Translations under genes and position numbers: made by a program
Part shown: piece after piece, positions 60,249-64,000 of the stretch
How the letters are laid out: each line of letters opens with the position of its first letter
Numbering within the stretch: the stretch's first letter is position 1
The notes under the pieces: model-generated
Told to the model about the DNA's origin: nothing
Databases searched by the model: none
What the model saw: the letters and a program-made list of their open reading frames with translations, nothing else
Source: Candidatus Bathyarchaeota archaeon
GTDB lineage: Archaea; Thermoproteota; Bathyarchaeia; Bathyarchaeales; Bathycorpusculaceae
Direction: 5' to 3'
NCBI GenBank assembly: GCA_963828195.1
Contig: CAWHDT010000001.1
Coordinates: forward strand, 1 to 64,000
Length of the DNA stretch: 64,000 nucleotides

Positions 60249-61043
60249 TCAAGATAAACCTAAAACATCAGCCATGCTAAACACCTTAGGCTCATTTTGT
60301 TTGCTTAACCATTCCGCTGCGTAAATAGCCCCTTGAGCAAAAACGTCACGGGAGAAAGCCGTATGCTCAATACGCAGCATCTCGTAGGGTCCTGCAATTA
60401 TCAGGTCGTGAATGCCCGGAACACCTCCGGCTCGTAGAGCAGTTATTTCAAGTTCGCCAGGTTGCCTAGGGCTTATTCCTTCGCGTCCCGAAACGATTTT
60501 TGTGTAACCGCGCGCGTTAGCAACTATTTCGCCTAGTTTTTTTGCAGTTCCGCTTGGCGCATCTTTCTTGCCTGTGTGATGGACTTCGTTTATGCTGAAA
60601 TCGTATCCAGTCGGAAAAGCCTTCAAAGCTTCAGCGAGCTTGAACAGTATGTTGACCCCAACGGAATAGTTTGGTGAGAAAACGGCTGGAACTTTGCCTG
60701 ACATGGCAGCTACTACTTGGCGGTTTTGCTCAACTGTGAAGCCGGTGGTGCCAAGAATTATGCGTTTTCCAAGGTTAGCAACGATGGGTATGTTGATTAC
60801 CTCGGCGGCAGGAACTGTGAAACTGACATAAGTGTCAGCGTGCTCTAAAGCTTCGTTCAATCTGTCGGAACTCAGGATTTGCGTGTCTGAATTGGTAATG
60901 CCTAGTTCTCTCAGGGTTCGCCCTATATTTGGGTTATTTGGAGCTTCAATTGCCCCAACTATCTCATGCCCTTTTGAGGTGGCTTCAGTGATTATGGCGT
61001 TGCCCATTCTTCCTGCGGCGCCTGCAACGCACAGCTTAAGCAT
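60249..61043 (-). CDS. dapB: 4-hydroxy-tetrahydrodipicolinate reductase
   Basis: GAAGRMG, GTTG, PNYSVG, EVHH..KKDAPSGTA. Confidence 0.95.
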   Translation of the reverse strand: MLKLCVAGAAGRMGNAIITEATSKGHEIVGAIEAPNNPNIGRTLRELGITNSDTQILSSDRLNEALEHADTYVSFTVPAAEVINIPIVANLGKRIILGTTGFTVEQNRQVVAAMSGKVPAVFSPNYSVGVNILFKLAEALKAFPTGYDFSINEVHHTGKKDAPSGTAKKLGEIVANARGYTKIVSGREGISPRQPGELEITALRAGGVPGIHDLIIAGPYEMLRIEHTAFSRDVFAQGAIYAAEWLSKQNEPKVFSMADVLGLS

Positions 61044-62073
61044 AGTAGAGCCCTTCCAAGTACTTCTCGTTGTATAGCCGGTTCTTTAAGTCGACGTTGA
61101 AGTAGTCGGCGATCGGCTGAAGGATTTCTGGGGTGTTCTCATATACTTTCCGGGCGTTCGTAAGCACTACTTCTAAACCGTTTCGAGTCATCTTTCCTAA
61201 TGGTTGCCTGCAGGGACCGGAGGGCATACCCAACACATTCATCAGCGTTTTGTAGGCGAGAGGATTGCGGGCTCTGCATGCTACTGTGCCGTATATGGTT
61301 TGTTCGTGTGTTTTAACGGTGACTATGCTAAAGAGCGGTTGGAGTGCTTGGGCAATGACGCTTGCAGCCTCTTCGTTTCCATCCAGGACATAATGCACCA
61401 TATCCACTACGGCGCTTGGAGCTACGTTAGATATTACTGATATTGCGCCGCTGGCCCTTATGTCGGGCGAAATCATCATAGTATATGTTTTATCGTCGTC
61501 TCCCGAAAGGATGTCAAAGTCGTCACCGCAAAATTGCCTTGTCAACTCCATGTTCTTCAAATCGCCAGTGGCTTCCTTCACGCAGCGGACGTTTGGGTAT
61601 TGCTGATGAAGTATTGCTAAATCTTGCGGGTAAAGCTGAGTTCCCGTCCTTCCCGGGATTATATAGGGGATTACTTGGATTTCAGGGAACTGCCTTGCAA
61701 TTGGTTCAACATATTCCATACGTATCTCTAAGGAGCTCGGTCCGTTATAGTATGGATCCACAAGCAAAACACTTTTTATGCCTAACTGCTGCGCGTGTTC
61801 CGTACCGTCGATGGCTTCCTGGGTTGAGTTGCTTCCTGTCCCAGCTATAGTTAAGACTTTTTCACCTGCGTAATCATGGGTTTTTTCAATTACGTTGTTA
61901 TGTTCATTCCAGTCTAAGGTGGGGCTTTCGCCAGTTGTGCCGACGGCAAGTATACCTTTTACACCTTCTTCTATTTGGAAATCTACCAGTTGACGTAAGC
62001 CTTCGTAATCGACTTGGCGATTACGGGTCATGGGGGTTATTAGCGCAGTGTAACATCCACTAAATTTCACCAT
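61036..62073 (-). CDS. dapA: 4-hydroxy-tetrahydrodipicolinate synthase
   Basis: TALITP, GTTGESPTL, GTGSNST, PYYN, KEATG, SGDD. Confidence 0.92.
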   Translation of the reverse strand: MVKFSGCYTALITPMTRNRQVDYEGLRQLVDFQIEEGVKGILAVGTTGESPTLDWNEHNNVIEKTHDYAGEKVLTIAGTGSNSTQEAIDGTEHAQQLGIKSVLLVDPYYNGPSSLEIRMEYVEPIARQFPEIQVIPYIIPGRTGTQLYPQDLAILHQQYPNVRCVKEATGDLKNMELTRQFCGDDFDILSGDDDKTYTMMISPDIRASGAISVISNVAPSAVVDMVHYVLDGNEEAASVIAQALQPLFSIVTVKTHEQTIYGTVACRARNPLAYKTLMNVLGMPSGPCRQPLGKMTRNGLEVVLTNARKVYENTPEILQPIADYFNVDLKNRLYNEKYLEGLYYA

Positions 62074-62225
62074 TATGATTCCTCATCAGGATAATGAACA
62101 AATCAATAGCACCATATTTAAGCGTTACGTTTTAATTATTTTTTCAACTGAAAACGTAAAATAAATCGATTATAACTCCAGTTTAACCACTTATTTTAAC
62201 ATAAAAGTAAAATAACTAAAAATGT

Positions 62226-62543
62226 TTAACTCTCTAGCGGTTCGATATAATAAGCAGTAAAAACGTCGTCATACCCCGCATAAAGCTCCCGCAGGTAAAC
62301 AAGAGCATCATCAATAACTGCAGCTGAAGGAATAACCAGCTTGTAATTATCGGCCCGCACAACTTCGCCAAGTTTTCCGACTTCCGTTTTAATAATTCTC
62401 ATTCGAAGGACCTTACGACCTGAAAGATAAACTGCAAACTCGCCTCGGTGTGGAGTACCTTTTCTGACGTCAATGGTTTTTTTGCTTGACGTTAACCAGT
62501 CGAATGCTTCTTTTTTTGTTCGGAAGAGGGGCAAACTAGGCAC
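62226..62543 (-). CDS. ASCH/PUA-like domain protein
   Basis: FDWLTS.KKTIDVR N-terminal ASCH-like motif. Confidence 0.55.
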   Translation of the reverse strand: MPSLPLFRTKKEAFDWLTSSKKTIDVRKGTPHRGEFAVYLSGRKVLRMRIIKTEVGKLGEVVRADNYKLVIPSAAVIDDALVYLRELYAGYDDVFTAYYIEPLES

Positions 62544-62650
62544 CTAAATTCATGATTAAAACCACTGAAAGATAAGCTTTCAGTTAAAAAGCGAATAACA
62601 AAATTGCTAAAAAATGAAAAATAGGTTGGAAACTCAAAGGACTTGTGGTT

Positions 62651-62848
62651 TTAACCTTTACCTTTTTCTTCTTTACCGAAGTACTTGGTCCACTTTAGTT
62701 TACGTGCATCTCGTTTGAATTGCAGTGAGCTTTTCTTGCATTTGCCAGAATCGTACCATAGAATTGATCCGTCGTTTTTAACGAACATCATGCCTGTGCC
62801 AGCTGGAAAATCGACACCGCAGAATGAACATTTTCTTGTTTTTGGCAT
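62651..62848 (-). CDS. rpl24e: 50S ribosomal protein L24e
   Basis: CSFCG...PAGTG.MFVKNDG, SGKC, RKLKWT. Confidence 0.95.
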   Translation of the reverse strand: MPKTRKCSFCGVDFPAGTGMMFVKNDGSILWYDSGKCKKSSLQFKRDARKLKWTKYFGKEEKGKG

Positions 62849-62864
62849 GACAAAGTCTCCTCAA

Positions 62865-63083
62865 TTATCTTGTAATTTTCTTTGCTTCTCGCTCTGTTTC
62901 CCGCAGCATCAAAATATCTTGAACGCGGATGGGTCCTTTAACGTTGCGTGTTATAATTCTGCCTTTGTCTTTTCCTTCTAAGATGCGAACTCGAACCTGT
63001 GTAATTTCGCCGGTGACACCTGTGCGACCTATGACTTGGATAACTTCTGCGGGAATAAGCTCTTCTGCTGCTTCTTTACTCAT
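62865..63083 (-). CDS. rps28e: 30S ribosomal protein S28e
   Basis: [23 protein letters not shown]. Confidence 0.96.
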   Translation of the reverse strand: MSKEAAEELIPAEVIQVIGRTGVTGEITQVRVRILEGKDKGRIITRNVKGPIRVQDILMLRETEREAKKITR

Positions 63084-63463
63084 TACTGAGATCCTCGTTT
63101 AACCTGGTCAATCCGAGTTACGATTTCTTTGATTAATCCTGCGGCTTCCCCTTCTTTGAGAATACAGGCTGCGGCGCATGGAACGTCTATGCCTATGGCG
63201 TTGCCTAGTTTATCTTTGTTTGGAACGAATACGTATGGGATTTTTCTTTCTTCGCAAAGAAGCGGCAGATGCGCCACAACTTCTGGTGGATCAACATCTT
63301 CAGCTATAACGACAAGTTTCGCTATGGATCGTTCAACAGCTTTTGTTGCCTCGTTTGTTCCTTTCCTAACTACGCCTGATTTAGAAGCAATGGTTAGGGC
63401 TTCATAGGCTGCATCTACGATTTCTTTCGGTACTTCATATTTTACATAGAATGGTTTGGACAT
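63083..63463 (-). CDS. rpl7ae: 50S ribosomal protein L7Ae
   Basis: [22 protein letters not shown]. Confidence 0.96.
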   Translation of the reverse strand: MSKPFYVKYEVPKEIVDAAYEALTIASKSGVVRKGTNEATKAVERSIAKLVVIAEDVDPPEVVAHLPLLCEERKIPYVFVPNKDKLGNAIGIDVPCAAACILKEGEAAGLIKEIVTRIDQVKRGSQ

Positions 63464-63627
63464 ATTAGCCTCACCCTTTTAAGGCACAGTCTTATCCACA
63501 CTTCTTATTTAAGAATCTTTCGACTCTAAAACGTCAGTCTAAATCGTTCAGCTTATAAAGCCTTTAGAAAGCTTTAAATAAAGTACTACGGTCACCTAAC
63601 ATGTTTCGCGAGAGGGGAATGGCGCGT

Positions 63628-63879
63628 TTGCAAAAATTGGGTAGAGTGCGGGCGTTAACTCCATCGAAAAACATGATCGTTAAGACTGAAAAAGCTCCTA
63701 AAATTGGCTCAGAAGTTATTGACGAAAACTTGAATGTTGTCGGCAAAGTTTTTGACATTATAGGTCCAGTGTCTACTCCTTATGCGGTGGTTAAACCGAC
63801 TGTCAGAGAACCCGCAAAACTAGTGAATAAACCGGTGTACTTGCTTCTCTCGAAAACACAACGGAGAAAAAATGAATGA
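63628..63879 (+). CDS. gar1: H/ACA RNP protein Gar1/Naf1 family
   Basis: PKIG..V.D.....VGKVFDIIGPV..PY; probable TTG start. Confidence 0.85.
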   Translation: MQKLGRVRALTPSKNMIVKTEKAPKIGSEVIDENLNVVGKVFDIIGPVSTPYAVVKPTVREPAKLVNKPVYLLLSKTQRRKNE

Positions 63880-64000
63880 TTAGAGACAGCAAGTTACATG
63901 AAGAAACAGATCAATCTACCAAAACAGAACCAGCAAAAATACAATCGTGCCCTGAATGCGGCAGCATACGACTTATGCGCGACTATGAATGCGCGGAAAT
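63876..64000 (+). CDS. tfb: Transcription initiation factor IIB, N-terminal part (truncated by window end)
   Basis: Read directly from the DNA: MIRDSKLH...SCPECGSIRLMRDYECAE zinc ribbon; overlaps the gar1 stop as in the usual gar1-tfb pair. Confidence 0.8.
   Translation, partial: MIRDSKLHEETDQSTKTEPAKIQSCPECGSIRLMRDYECAE

Noticed and set aside
55794-62073. Lysine DAP operon as unusual
   Set aside because: The DapL-type pathway is established in archaea; this is ordinary housekeeping content
1-64000. CRISPR array, cas genes or rRNA
   Set aside because: No regularly spaced 25-45 bp repeats with unique spacers, no Cas motifs and no rRNA-like sequence were seen

Overview
Archaeal chromosomal window, most likely Bathyarchaeia (inferred from the PQQ-like beta-propeller surface protein, PEF-CTERM proteins, F420/H4MPT enzymes and the rpl7ae-rps28e-rpl24e-gar1-tfb block). 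Core content: cysteine synthase, class I GAPDH + PGK, three GT4 glycosyltransferase genes, HypA + Mrp-type ATPase, EndoQ, TldD/PmbA, RtcB/archease, adenylate kinase, M42 peptidase, a DapL-type lysine operon and ribosomal proteins. Two minus-strand tRNAs (Arg-CCG, Gly-TCC) anchor accessory DNA. An ~8.2 kb integrase-less island is bounded by a duplicated tRNA-Gly 3' end. Downstream of tRNA-Arg lies a decayed region with several tRNA 3'-end remnants and an IS1182-family element inserted at the centre of a palindrome. The most notable candidate system is an F420-dependent Mtd next to an NAD(P)-type MtdA/B that carries a ~255-aa N-terminal extra domain, with a convergent PhoU/AbrB regulator and shared GTATATAC boxes. 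A second candidate is a wHTH + domain-deleted GT4 + full GT4 operon. No CRISPR array or rRNA was seen. All family assignments come from motif recognition by eye, not database searches.
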